IMG/VR virus record: IMGVR_UViG_3300017739_000004
Location: 38,949-102,948 of that record
DNA: 64,000 bases
Reading direction: 5' to 3' (one strand)
Source: a virus
The notes under the pieces are model-generated. The model was not told the DNA's origin and ran no database searches. It was given only the letters and a program-made list of their open reading frames with translations. This document shows positions 1-8,490 of this stretch, in pieces. The first letter of the stretch is position 1. Each line of letters opens with the position of its first letter. Made by a program: the position numbers and the translations under genes.

Positions 1-18
1 AACCAATGAGTGATTTTT

Positions 19-26
19 TATAAATA
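19..26 (+). promoter_or_regulatory. T4-type late promoter
   Basis: TATAAATA upstream of the GGAGGA SD and the ATG at 48. Confidence 0.7.
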
Positions 27-47
27 TAATATATACATGGAGGAATT

Positions 48-245
48 ATGTTTACGTGGTTAAAAAATTTATTAGGTGTAGGAGAAGCATCTGGCAAAAG
101 AGCTAGAAATGCGAAAGGCAGATTTGTTGCTGATAATCCAGATACACCTGATGTGAACGAAGCGTATGTTGATGGTAAAACACCAACTCGTAAGAAAAAA
201 CCTGCCGCTAAAAAAAGAGGCAGACCAAGAAAGAATAGGAAATAA
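48..245 (+). CDS. Small basic hypothetical protein with an AT-hook-like C-terminus
   Basis: GGAGGA SD; RARNAKGRFVADNPDTP motif; ends KKRGRPRKNRK. Confidence 0.75.
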   Translation: MFTWLKNLLGVGEASGKRARNAKGRFVADNPDTPDVNEAYVDGKTPTRKKKPAAKKRGRPRKNRK

Positions 246-247
246 AA

Positions 248-514
248 ATGGCAAGCACATTAAAATTATTAGGGTCGGAAGCGGCTTTAAGTACAACTGC
301 TAGTAATGTCGGAAGAGCTAAACTTGTAAGAGTATTAAATACAGATACAACTGCTAGATTAGTGACTGTAAAAAGTGGTTCTAATACTATAGGTACTATA
401 ACACTTGCACCATCTGAAGTACAAAATATTATGAAATTACCAGCTGAAACTTTAGAAGTAGCAACGGCAGCAAGTACAAAGGTAAAAGCAGTAAGTATAG
501 CATATACTAATTAA
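248..514 (+). CDS. Hypothetical beta-rich protein
   Basis: 88 aa ORF packed between neighbours; TAATG overlap with iscU. Confidence 0.75.
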   Translation: MASTLKLLGSEAALSTTASNVGRAKLVRVLNTDTTARLVTVKSGSNTIGTITLAPSEVQNIMKLPAETLEVATAASTKVKAVSIAYTN

Positions 515-1008
515 TGGCATATTCAAAAGAGGTCACCGAGAGATTTTATGGGGTCTTAAATAATCCTCAGAGTTTTTCTGTGGGAAGATTCGACCCCAAA
601 GCGCCTAATGTCGCTACAGGAATGACCGGTGCTCCAGCTTGTGGAGATGTCATGAAGCTACAATTAAAGCTGAACGAAAAAGAAGAAATAATCGATGTTA
701 AATTTAAAACATATGGTTGTGGTTCAGCTATAGCATCATCTACAATGTTTGTAGAAATGCTGAAAGGTAAAACTGTAGAAGAAGCTAAAAAGATTAAAGA
801 TCGTGATATAGCAGAAGCTTTAGATTTACCACCAATCAAATTGCATTGTTCTGTTTTAGCAGAAGATTCTATTAAGAAAGCAATAGAAGATTGGGAAAGC
901 AAAAAACATAGGCAGCATAATTATCAAACTTATCCAACAACAGAGCATGACGAATCAGATGATTTAGAAGCTGCCAAGAGAGTTGATAATGTCGGAAACA
1001 CTGATTGA
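514..1008 (+). CDS. iscU: Fe-S cluster scaffold IscU
   Basis: GAPACGDVMKLQ, FKTYGCGSAIASS, LPPIKLHCSVLAED: three Cys ligands and an LPPVK-like chaperone motif. Confidence 0.95.
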   Translation: MAYSKEVTERFYGVLNNPQSFSVGRFDPKAPNVATGMTGAPACGDVMKLQLKLNEKEEIIDVKFKTYGCGSAIASSTMFVEMLKGKTVEEAKKIKDRDIAEALDLPPIKLHCSVLAEDSIKKAIEDWESKKHRQHNYQTYPTTEHDESDDLEAAKRVDNVGNTD

Positions 1009-1369
1009 ATTAACTGATGAAGCAATTAAAAAACTTCTTCAAAAAAAAGACCAAGAACGATTTAATTATATACGGCTTGGGATCACAGGTGGAGGTTGCG
1101 CTGGTTTTGAGTATATCTTTGATTCTGTTGTTAATAAGTCTGTTGACGACATAGTATTAGACTTTGGTAAATTACAATTCGTAGTCGATAAAGTTTCCAT
1201 ACCATATCTATCTGGTATGACTTTAGACTTTGAAAAACAAGGACTAAATGAAGTCTTTGTATTCAGAAATCCAAAAGAAACATCAGCCTGTGGTTGTGGT
1301 GTTTCTATCAATTTTGATCTACAAAAAGTAGAAGAAGATAATTCCAAGATATTTGCGATCGAAGTATAA
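989..1369 (+). CDS. iscA: A-type Fe-S carrier, IscA/HesB family
   Basis: IELTDEA, GGGCAGFEY, NP..ACGCGVS; ATG at 989 preferred over TTG at 983. Confidence 0.9.
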   Translation: MSETLIELTDEAIKKLLQKKDQERFNYIRLGITGGGCAGFEYIFDSVVNKSVDDIVLDFGKLQFVVDKVSIPYLSGMTLDFEKQGLNEVFVFRNPKETSACGCGVSINFDLQKVEEDNSKIFAIEV

Positions 1370-1374
1370 TTTAT

Positions 1375-1382
1375 TATAAATA
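1375..1382 (+). promoter_or_regulatory. T4-type late promoter in front of the curli cluster
   Basis: Intergenic TATAAATA. Confidence 0.75.
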
Positions 1383-1406
1383 GATTATATAATAATTAAT
1401 AATATT

Positions 1407-1703
1407 ATGGAAGACATATTTACTTTAATATCAGACGTGGGATTGCCAATCGCAGGAGCTTTGGTCATGGGTGTCTTTATATTCATAATTATAAAACAAA
1501 TAATGATGGGTATAGTAGATAATATCAGAACTCTTACTATGTTTTGCGAATCTTTAGAGAATCGTGCTAGAACTATGAGTAATGAAATGATTAAAATAGA
1601 TATGTTAGTTAGCAGTGCATTAGAGTTAAGACCAGATATCGATAGAGTAGCAAGAGCTGAAAATTTTATTGAAGATGGTAAACTTGATGTGAGGAGAGAT
1701 TAA
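1407..1703 (+). CDS. Single-TM plus coiled-coil membrane protein
   Basis: LISDVGLPIAGALVMGVFIFIII hydrophobic segment followed by a helical tail. Confidence 0.75.
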   Translation: MEDIFTLISDVGLPIAGALVMGVFIFIIIKQIMMGIVDNIRTLTMFCESLENRARTMSNEMIKIDMLVSSALELRPDIDRVARAENFIEDGKLDVRRD

Positions 1704-1999
1704 TGGATGTACAAATCACAGAAGCTGATTTTACTATTGTTTCTCTAATCACTGACTATGGCTTTCCAACTGTAATGGTAGTTGGGTTAGGATATTTTGT
1801 CTATTTCGTATGGCAATTTATTAATAATAATATCGAGCCAGAAATAGAAAAGATGCATTTCCAATTAATAAAAGTGATTGACCAAATGAGAATGTTGGAC
1901 CAAGATTTAATTAGGCTTCAACAAAAAGTAGATGTAGTTTTAGAATATAAAGAGAATGAAAAAAAGAAACGAGGAGAATTGGGAAAAGATGAAAAGTAA
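1703..1999 (+). CDS. Single-TM plus coiled-coil membrane protein, probable paralog of the upstream gene
   Basis: LITDYGFPTVMVVGLGYFVYFVW; same length (98 aa) and layout; TAATG overlap. Confidence 0.75.
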   Translation: MDVQITEADFTIVSLITDYGFPTVMVVGLGYFVYFVWQFINNNIEPEIEKMHFQLIKVIDQMRMLDQDLIRLQQKVDVVLEYKENEKKKRGELGKDEK

Positions 2000-2495
2000 T
2001 TTAGAAGTTGCTGGATTAATTGCTATATTTGGTTTATCTTTGTATGGCGTATCACCTGCAATGTCTGCAGATGAAATTGTACATAAGTTCAAAAATCCAT
2101 CATTTAGTGGAGTTGGTACAGGCGCACATTATCTTACAATAGAAAACCAGGAACATTCCAGAAAAAAAGCGATCGAAGATGCACTTGAAGCTGCAAAGAA
2201 TGCTGCTGAAAGAGAGGCAGAGAATTCAACTCTTGCAAAATTTATTAGAAACCTAGAGAGTAGAATATATGCTCAATTTGCTAAACAATTAGTTGAGTCA
2301 ATGTTCTCTAATGATAACCCTGCGGGGTTTGGTTCTTTTATTTTAGAAGGTAATATAATCACATGGGAAGTTGTCACAGATGAATCAGGTGCAGAGTTTA
2401 TTAGATTGACAGTTGTAAGTGAAGATGGAACAGAAACAGTAATTGAAATACCTGTAGGTACAGGAAACTTTGGACAAGACCCAGATAATGGTTAG
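1989..2495 (+). CDS. csgF: Curli assembly protein CsgF-like
   Basis: Signal peptide then EIVHKFKNPSFSG (CsgF NPxFxG motif); F..NLESRIYAQ; directly upstream of csgG; ATG 1989 preferred. Confidence 0.85.
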   Translation: MKSNLEVAGLIAIFGLSLYGVSPAMSADEIVHKFKNPSFSGVGTGAHYLTIENQEHSRKKAIEDALEAAKNAAEREAENSTLAKFIRNLESRIYAQFAKQLVESMFSNDNPAGFGSFILEGNIITWEVVTDESGAEFIRLTVVSEDGTETVIEIPVGTGNFGQDPDNG

Positions 2496-3420
2496 AGTAC
2501 TTTTAGCATCATTAATAATTTTAAGTGGTTGTGCTTCGATACCGAAGTGGTCGGACGATCCACAAGATTGTAAGATACCAAAGATTGTTGATGTAGTCAC
2601 GGCTGTACAAAAAGTTTTTGAAAGAAAATACATTTGTGTAGATATGCCAGAGGTTGTTAACTTACCTGCTTATATACAATTATTAGAATTACCACCACCA
2701 ACAATTGAAAAACCAGTTGTTGCAGTATATAGTTTTTTAGATAAAACGGGTCAAAGAAAAGCAAGAGAAGGTATAGCAGATTTCTCAACAGCTACGACTC
2801 AAGGTGGAGTAGAATTATTAGTAGACGCTCTAAAGACAGCCGGAGGTGGCACATGGTTTAGAGTTGTTGAAAGACAAGGCGTAGATCATCTAGTTAGAGA
2901 AAGACAGATTATCAGAAGCGCTAGACAAGAGTTTGCAGGTGATAATGGCCCGCAACCTTTAAACCCTTTATTATTCGCAGGAATGATTATAGAGGGTGGA
3001 ATAATTGGTTATGATACTAACATAATGACGGGAGGTCGGGGCGCACGAACTCTCGGTATTGGTTATGCGAAACAATATCGTAAAGATGTTGTGACTGTTT
3101 CGGTTAGAGCTGTTTCAGTTCTGACTGGTGAAGTATTATTAAACGTCCAAGCTCGTAAGACTATTTTATCTTATGGGTCAGGTGGTGATATCTTTCGTTT
3201 TATAGAGGAAGGTACTCAACTAGTAGAATATGAGGACGGTGTGGGAAATAATGAGTCGGTGACATATGCAACACGAGCAGCAATTGAAGCTGCGGTGTTG
3301 GAATTAATTTACCAAGGCCACGATCGTGGTTATTGGAATATAAGTGATGGGCATCGCCATCCACATCTTAATGATGGGGTAAACGATAAACATCAATTAG
3401 AGGAGTACGAAAATGAATAA
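2488..3420 (+). CDS. csgG: Curli secretion channel lipoprotein CsgG
   Basis: Lipobox LSGC from ATG 2488; VAVYSFLDKTGQRK, WFRVVERQG..LVRERQIIRS, EGGIIGYDTN, VLTGEVL. Confidence 0.92.
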   Translation: MVRVLLASLIILSGCASIPKWSDDPQDCKIPKIVDVVTAVQKVFERKYICVDMPEVVNLPAYIQLLELPPPTIEKPVVAVYSFLDKTGQRKAREGIADFSTATTQGGVELLVDALKTAGGGTWFRVVERQGVDHLVRERQIIRSARQEFAGDNGPQPLNPLLFAGMIIEGGIIGYDTNIMTGGRGARTLGIGYAKQYRKDVVTVSVRAVSVLTGEVLLNVQARKTILSYGSGGDIFRFIEEGTQLVEYEDGVGNNESVTYATRAAIEAAVLELIYQGHDRGYWNISDGHRHPHLNDGVNDKHQLEEYENE

Positions 3421-4150
3421 ACTTTTAAGTATAGCATTGCTATTGTCGACTACTTTTGTTTTCGCACAAGCCACTGATGATAACGAAATTAAGATCACAC
3501 AATCTGGTGATACCTTAAAATTATATGTAGACCAAATCGGTTTTGGAAACAAAATCGGCGGTGATGACGCTTCAGGCGGTTCACTATCTGCTATGACTAT
3601 TACAGGTAGTTCACTAGAGTTTGATTTAGATTTTACTGGTAATCAAAACGTTTTATTTGGACCAGTCGAAGCTGATAGTTCTTACTATAAGCTCGATTTT
3701 ACTGGTGATTCAAACAAAATAGATTGGAATATTGGTTATATCGGAAGTGCTGATGATTCAAACATTAACTTTGATGTGACAGGTGATTCTAACGAATTTG
3801 ACCTAGATCAAGGTTATGTTGCTAGTGCAGAAAGATTAGATGCTGATTTAATTTTAATTGGTAGTTCAAATATATTTGACATAGACTGGGAAAGTGATGA
3901 TAACGTTTGGGACTTTGATATTACAGGAGATTCAAACAATATTAACACATTACAAAATGACGGCGAACACAATCTTGAGTTCACTTTAGTAGGTGATTCA
4001 GCTGACGTCGACATTAATCAAATATCTGGTACATGTGCAAGTGGAGCAGGAACAAGTTGTGTTTCACCAAATGCAAATATTGTATTAGATGTGACTTCAG
4101 ACAATGCAATCATTCAACTTAATCAACAAGATTCGTCTAACGATTCTTAA
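3413..4150 (+). CDS. Secreted curlin-like beta-repeat protein
   Basis: GAGGAG SD; signal peptide; repeated xTGDSNx / QxG units; acidic; next to csgG. Confidence 0.7.
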   Translation: MNKLLSIALLLSTTFVFAQATDDNEIKITQSGDTLKLYVDQIGFGNKIGGDDASGGSLSAMTITGSSLEFDLDFTGNQNVLFGPVEADSSYYKLDFTGDSNKIDWNIGYIGSADDSNINFDVTGDSNEFDLDQGYVASAERLDADLILIGSSNIFDIDWESDDNVWDFDITGDSNNINTLQNDGEHNLEFTLVGDSADVDINQISGTCASGAGTSCVSPNANIVLDVTSDNAIIQLNQQDSSNDS

Positions 4151-5213
4151 TTTATTACTCATTAGTGGGTTTGCTTTTTCTAGCGAACCCATTGGTGGTA
4201 TTAAAGAATCTATTGGCTATGGTGGAATTACAAGAGATGATGAAACTTATAACCATGATGTCGGATTAGAAATTCAACTTAACGATCAAGCTGAAACAGC
4301 AAATGGTCGTATGCTTATAGAGTTCTTAGACGATGCAGAACTCCAACTCAAAGAACATTCAAGGGTTTTAATAGATACGGTTTATTACGATCCAAACCCA
4401 AACCTATCAAAAATGACTATGCGTATGGTCAGTGGAACAGCAAGATTTGCATCAGGTTCTAAGGGTTTAATTAATAAAGCAAACATAGAAATATCAACAC
4501 CAACCGCTACAATTGCTGTAAGGGGCACGGACTTCACCACAACAATAGATGAAATTGGACGAAGCCTTGTTATCTTATTACCTGACGATAAGGGAGAACC
4601 TTCAGGTGTTATTGAAGTCACCAGTTTAGGTGGAACAGTTGTATTAGATGAAGCTTATGCAGCCACAATGGTGTCATCTTATGATTTACCACCAACAACA
4701 GAAACCGTAATTCAAGGTATAACACCTGCACTGATTGATAATATGTTTATTGTGAATCCACCAGAGGAGGTGAAAGAGGCAGTAGAAGAACAATTAGCCG
4801 ATGAACAAAACGAAGATCAAGGAATATTAGATATAGATTTATTAGACTTTACTGAATTAGAAGAAGATGAACTAGAAGAAGATGACTTAGGTGAGTTTAA
4901 TGAATTAGATATTGATGAATTAGATGTAGAGTTTTTAATAGATGTTTTAGACATTGTAGATTCTGGTGATCTATTTGATACATTAGGTGAGTTTGATATT
5001 CAAGGCGCAACAAGAGGATTTAATGATGAATCACAATATAATGTCTTTTTAAGAAATGGTGATTTAGTATTTTATAGAAATGTAAATGGTGTAATAGAAT
5101 TACAATTCGAAGCTGGAGGTAGCTTTACCTTAGACACAGATACTCCAACATGGTCAGGTATAATTACTGGTAATGATGGAGAAGATATAATAGTAAGGAT
5201 TAGACAGTTATAA
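4104..5213 (+). CDS. Exported FecR-domain protein with an acidic C-terminal region
   Basis: Signal-like N-terminus; ETANGRMLIEFLD, ISTPTATIAVRGTDF (FecR-family pattern). Confidence 0.8.
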   Translation: MQSFNLINKIRLTILNLLLISGFAFSSEPIGGIKESIGYGGITRDDETYNHDVGLEIQLNDQAETANGRMLIEFLDDAELQLKEHSRVLIDTVYYDPNPNLSKMTMRMVSGTARFASGSKGLINKANIEISTPTATIAVRGTDFTTTIDEIGRSLVILLPDDKGEPSGVIEVTSLGGTVVLDEAYAATMVSSYDLPPTTETVIQGITPALIDNMFIVNPPEEVKEAVEEQLADEQNEDQGILDIDLLDFTELEEDELEEDDLGEFNELDIDELDVEFLIDVLDIVDSGDLFDTLGEFDIQGATRGFNDESQYNVFLRNGDLVFYRNVNGVIELQFEAGGSFTLDTDTPTWSGIITGNDGEDIIVRIRQL

Positions 5214-5216
5214 ATA
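5209..5216 (+). promoter_or_regulatory. T4-type late promoter
   Basis: TATAAATA 5 nt before ATG 5222. Confidence 0.65.
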
Positions 5217-5221
5217 AAACT

Positions 5222-5899
5222 ATGAATAAGAACTTCCATTACAATTTCGTACCACTATTAACAACTATGTTTATGTTTCTTGCATTTGATTTAGTTGCTG
5301 GTCCTACAGACGATAATCATATTCACGTCGAACAAGTAGCTGATGGTGATAATATAGAATTAAATATATCTCAAATAGGTTTTGCAAATAGCATAGAATT
5401 TTCATTTGCGCATTCAGGTAATGTATTTAATCTTCAACAAAATGGTAATGGTAATAGCATATCATGGGTGTCATATTGGGGCTCAGGTAAATCATGGGGT
5501 GGAGATGTTGATGGTTCTAATAACACAGAAAATATAATTCAGTATGATGGTGCAACTTATGGTAGACATATATGGGGTGATGAAAATATTGTAGATGTTT
5601 ATCAACATGGAAATCATACACACAATTTAGACATTCACGTTGATGATGTCGAACATGACTCATGGCAAGATGGTGCTGGGTCGCATTATAGTCATGTATA
5701 TTATTATGGTAATTCAGATGGTTCAATAACTAATCTTAAACAAGAAGGTACAGGAAATCATAATGCACAAGTAGTTTTATATGGAAATTATTTAACAACA
5801 CTTAATGTTTTACAACAAGGGTCAAATAATCAGTCATATAATTTAACACAAAATTGTCAAACAGTAGGTGGATGCACAGTTAACGTCACACAAGATTAA
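5222..5899 (+). CDS. Second curlin-like repeat protein (His/Asn/Gln-rich)
   Basis: Signal peptide; repeats QNGNGN, QHGNH, QEGTGNHNA, QQGSNNQ; N-terminus and C-terminal Cys pair resemble the 3413 protein. Confidence 0.72.
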   Translation: MNKNFHYNFVPLLTTMFMFLAFDLVAGPTDDNHIHVEQVADGDNIELNISQIGFANSIEFSFAHSGNVFNLQQNGNGNSISWVSYWGSGKSWGGDVDGSNNTENIIQYDGATYGRHIWGDENIVDVYQHGNHTHNLDIHVDDVEHDSWQDGAGSHYSHVYYYGNSDGSITNLKQEGTGNHNAQVVLYGNYLTTLNVLQQGSNNQSYNLTQNCQTVGGCTVNVTQD

Positions 5900-7737
5900 T
5901 GAAATATATTACTTCGGTATGGTCTACATTATTACTCGTATCAGCTCTGATATTAATAAGAGTTTATGATCCAGCAATAGTCGAGCAAGTCAGGCTCAAT
6001 ACATTCGATCAATACATCAAAACACTTCCAAAAGAAAAATCAAATGATATAGTACTTGTTAATATCGGTGAGAAATCACTTGGTAAGATTGGTCAATTTC
6101 CATGGCCTAGACAAGAATACGCACAAATGATTTCTGACCTAAGAAATATTAATGCTGGCTATATTGGATTTACTATAATGTTTCCAGAACCAGATAGATT
6201 TGGTGGTGACGATATATTTGCTCAATACATACAAGACAATGGGATTATCTTATCACAAGACGCAGATAACAATGGAAGGGCCGACAGTGCACCGTATGTA
6301 GGGCATGCACTATTTGGTACATCAGACCCTTTAGATTTTATATACAAATATAATGGTATAGTTGCTAATATTAAGAATTTAGAACAAGAGGCATGGGGTA
6401 TAGGATTAATAAATGCATCACCTGAAGTAGATAATATCACTAGAAGAATACCACTTATGACAAATGTAAAAGATGAAATCTATCCATCTTTTGCTTTAGA
6501 ATTAACTAGATTAAATATGGATCAGTTATCTTATACTATAAAATCAAATGAAGCAGGTATAGAAAGTGTAGTAGTTAGACCTTTTGAAATACCTACAGAT
6601 AGTGATGGTTCAATATGGTTAAAATGGAATACAGAATTTGAAGAAATAGAATACGAAAGGCTAATGCCAGGGTATGATAATTTAGAAGGTAAGACTGTTA
6701 TAGTCGGTGTATCAGCCAGTGGATTAGGTGCTCAGATTCCTACTCCTGGTGGTTTGATGAATCCAAACCAGCTTCAAGCCGCAGCTCTTCAAACAATTCT
6801 GTCAGACAATCCGATTTCTCGTCCTCTATGGGCTGATTCAATAGAAATTCTTGTAAGTGGAATTCTGGCTCTGTTGTTAATTCTGTTGATATATCGCGCA
6901 CCGATTTGGGCTTCAGGACTCGGCTTCGTTGTTCTTTGTGTTGGACAAGCCGGATTGACTTTTTATATCTGGAATAAATTTTATATACTCCTCGATCTTA
7001 GTTATTCACTAATATTATATATAATATCTTTTGCTTCAACGAGTTTTAATAACTTCTATAAACAATTTGCTCTTAGACAACAGATAAAGAAACAATTTGA
7101 AACATATTTGGATCCAAGACAAGTGGCTCTATTACAAAAAGACCCAAGCAGATTAAAGCTTGGTGGTGAAAGAAAAGAAATGACTTTCTTGTTTATGGAT
7201 ATAGTAGGATTTACTCCTATATCAGAACATTATAAAAATAATAATGACCCAGAAGGGTTAGTAGAAATTATAAATAATTATTTAAACCGTATGACCAATA
7301 TTATCTTAGACAATGGTGGTACTATTGACAAATATATGGGTGATTGTATAATGGCCTTTTGGAATGCTCCATTAGACTGTGAAGATCATGCATACCTAGC
7401 TACTAAAACAGCTATGGAAATTGAGAGAGCAGCAGATGAACTTATTAAAGAACTTGAAGATAAAGGCTTACCACGTATTGATGTTGGTATTGGTATTAAT
7501 TCCGGGACTTGCATCGTCGGAAACATGGGATCCGAAACTAGATTTGACTATTCCGTCATTGGAGATGCCGTCAACTTGGCAGCTAGACTCGAAGGCCAAA
7601 CACGCAATTACGATGGGGTTCGAGTGTTGTTGGGCGAACAAACATATAAAAGCTGTTCATCTGGAGAATTCACTGAAGTCGATAGAATCAAAGTTAAAGG
7701 TAAATCCGAACAGGTTAGAATATATACCCCAATTTGA
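5899..7737 (+). CDS. CHASE2-domain class III adenylate cyclase
   Basis: IVLVNIGEKSL..GQFPWPR (CHASE2); three TM helices; FMDIVGFT, IDKYMGD, FDYSVIGDAVNLAARLE catalytic motifs. Confidence 0.93.
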   Translation: MKYITSVWSTLLLVSALILIRVYDPAIVEQVRLNTFDQYIKTLPKEKSNDIVLVNIGEKSLGKIGQFPWPRQEYAQMISDLRNINAGYIGFTIMFPEPDRFGGDDIFAQYIQDNGIILSQDADNNGRADSAPYVGHALFGTSDPLDFIYKYNGIVANIKNLEQEAWGIGLINASPEVDNITRRIPLMTNVKDEIYPSFALELTRLNMDQLSYTIKSNEAGIESVVVRPFEIPTDSDGSIWLKWNTEFEEIEYERLMPGYDNLEGKTVIVGVSASGLGAQIPTPGGLMNPNQLQAAALQTILSDNPISRPLWADSIEILVSGILALLLILLIYRAPIWASGLGFVVLCVGQAGLTFYIWNKFYILLDLSYSLILYIISFASTSFNNFYKQFALRQQIKKQFETYLDPRQVALLQKDPSRLKLGGERKEMTFLFMDIVGFTPISEHYKNNNDPEGLVEIINNYLNRMTNIILDNGGTIDKYMGDCIMAFWNAPLDCEDHAYLATKTAMEIERAADELIKELEDKGLPRIDVGIGINSGTCIVGNMGSETRFDYSVIGDAVNLAARLEGQTRNYDGVRVLLGEQTYKSCSSGEFTEVDRIKVKGKSEQVRIYTPI

Positions 7738-8068
7738 TTTCATAGAACCAGCACATTGGACATCATACGCAGTATCTTTTGCATTACAATATGCCGATAT
7801 TCATTATACTAATAAAGCTTTACAATATCAATGTGTACGTGAGCTTAATCCTTTAGTTGGTAAAAGACCATCATGGAATCATTTAGTAGCTCACAAGGTA
7901 ATTACATTGTGGCCTGTGTATCACCCAGACTTTAATAAGTATCCAATCACTGATAAAGACTTAAATCAAGTTAATGTGTTTATGGCCATTGTTGTATTAC
8001 ATAATAAAAGAGTGCTTGAAAAAGTGCAAAGACACCCAGATATCTGTCCTAAGATTTCTACTATTTAA
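7421..8068 (+). CDS. Hypothetical exported/membrane protein overlapping the cyclase 3' end (start uncertain)
   Basis: Open frame fills 7738-8068; plausible Met starts lie inside the cyclase gene; signal-like MLVLVLIPGLASS. Confidence 0.55.
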   Translation: MREQQMNLLKNLKIKAYHVLMLVLVLIPGLASSETWDPKLDLTIPSLEMPSTWQLDSKAKHAITMGFECCWANKHIKAVHLENSLKSIESKLKVNPNRLEYIPQFDFIEPAHWTSYAVSFALQYADIHYTNKALQYQCVRELNPLVGKRPSWNHLVAHKVITLWPVYHPDFNKYPITDKDLNQVNVFMAIVVLHNKRVLEKVQRHPDICPKISTI

Positions 8069-8080
8069 GTTATATTACAC

Positions 8081-8124
8081 TGTGTGACAGTTGTGTGACA
8101 ACTGTGTAACAATTGTGTGAATTC
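8081..8124 (-). repeat. Four 11-bp-period direct repeats, Pho-box/OmpR-family-operator-like
   Basis: tgtgtgacagt tgtgtgacaac tgtgtaacaat tgtgtgaattc. Confidence 0.8.
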
Positions 8125-8136
8125 TTTAAAAAACCG

Positions 8137-8165
8137 TTTACAAACCTATCAAACTATAGTATAAT
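8137..8165 (+). promoter_or_regulatory. Sigma70-type early promoter
   Basis: TTTACA-N17-TATAAT. Confidence 0.8.
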
Positions 8166-8193
8166 GGTACTATAATTTAGATAAGGAGAAAAA

Positions 8194-8490
8194 ATGAGTT
8201 ATAACATAATATTAAAATCCGTCGACGGATTTCAAAGCGTAGATAAAGAAGCAGTAGTTGCTTTTGTAAAAGATAAATTAAGCTATAGTGTAGACCCAGT
8301 AGCTAGATCAGAAAACAAGTTCTGGTTAAATGGAAAATGGGAAGGCGGTAAATTTTACGCATTCCTAGAAGGTCAAAGATACTATCAGTTAGTTATCAAT
8401 AGATTTGATTTTGGAATCAAAGCTGGTGGAGATTTTAATTCTTGGAATGTAGCAGGCATTCTTAGAGAAGAAATTAAGGAGGCGTTATAA
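8194..8490 (+). CDS. Early hypothetical protein
   Basis: TAAGGAG SD; first gene after the promoter. Confidence 0.8.
   Translation: MSYNIILKSVDGFQSVDKEAVVAFVKDKLSYSVDPVARSENKFWLNGKWEGGKFYAFLEGQRYYQLVINRFDFGIKAGGDFNSWNVAGILREEIKEAL

Noticed and set aside
6750-6970. GC-richer patch inside the cyclase gene
   Set aside because: No alternative ORF or structure found; may be a recombined patch but cannot be supported by eye
8081-8124. Mini CRISPR array
   Set aside because: 11-bp tandem units with no spacers
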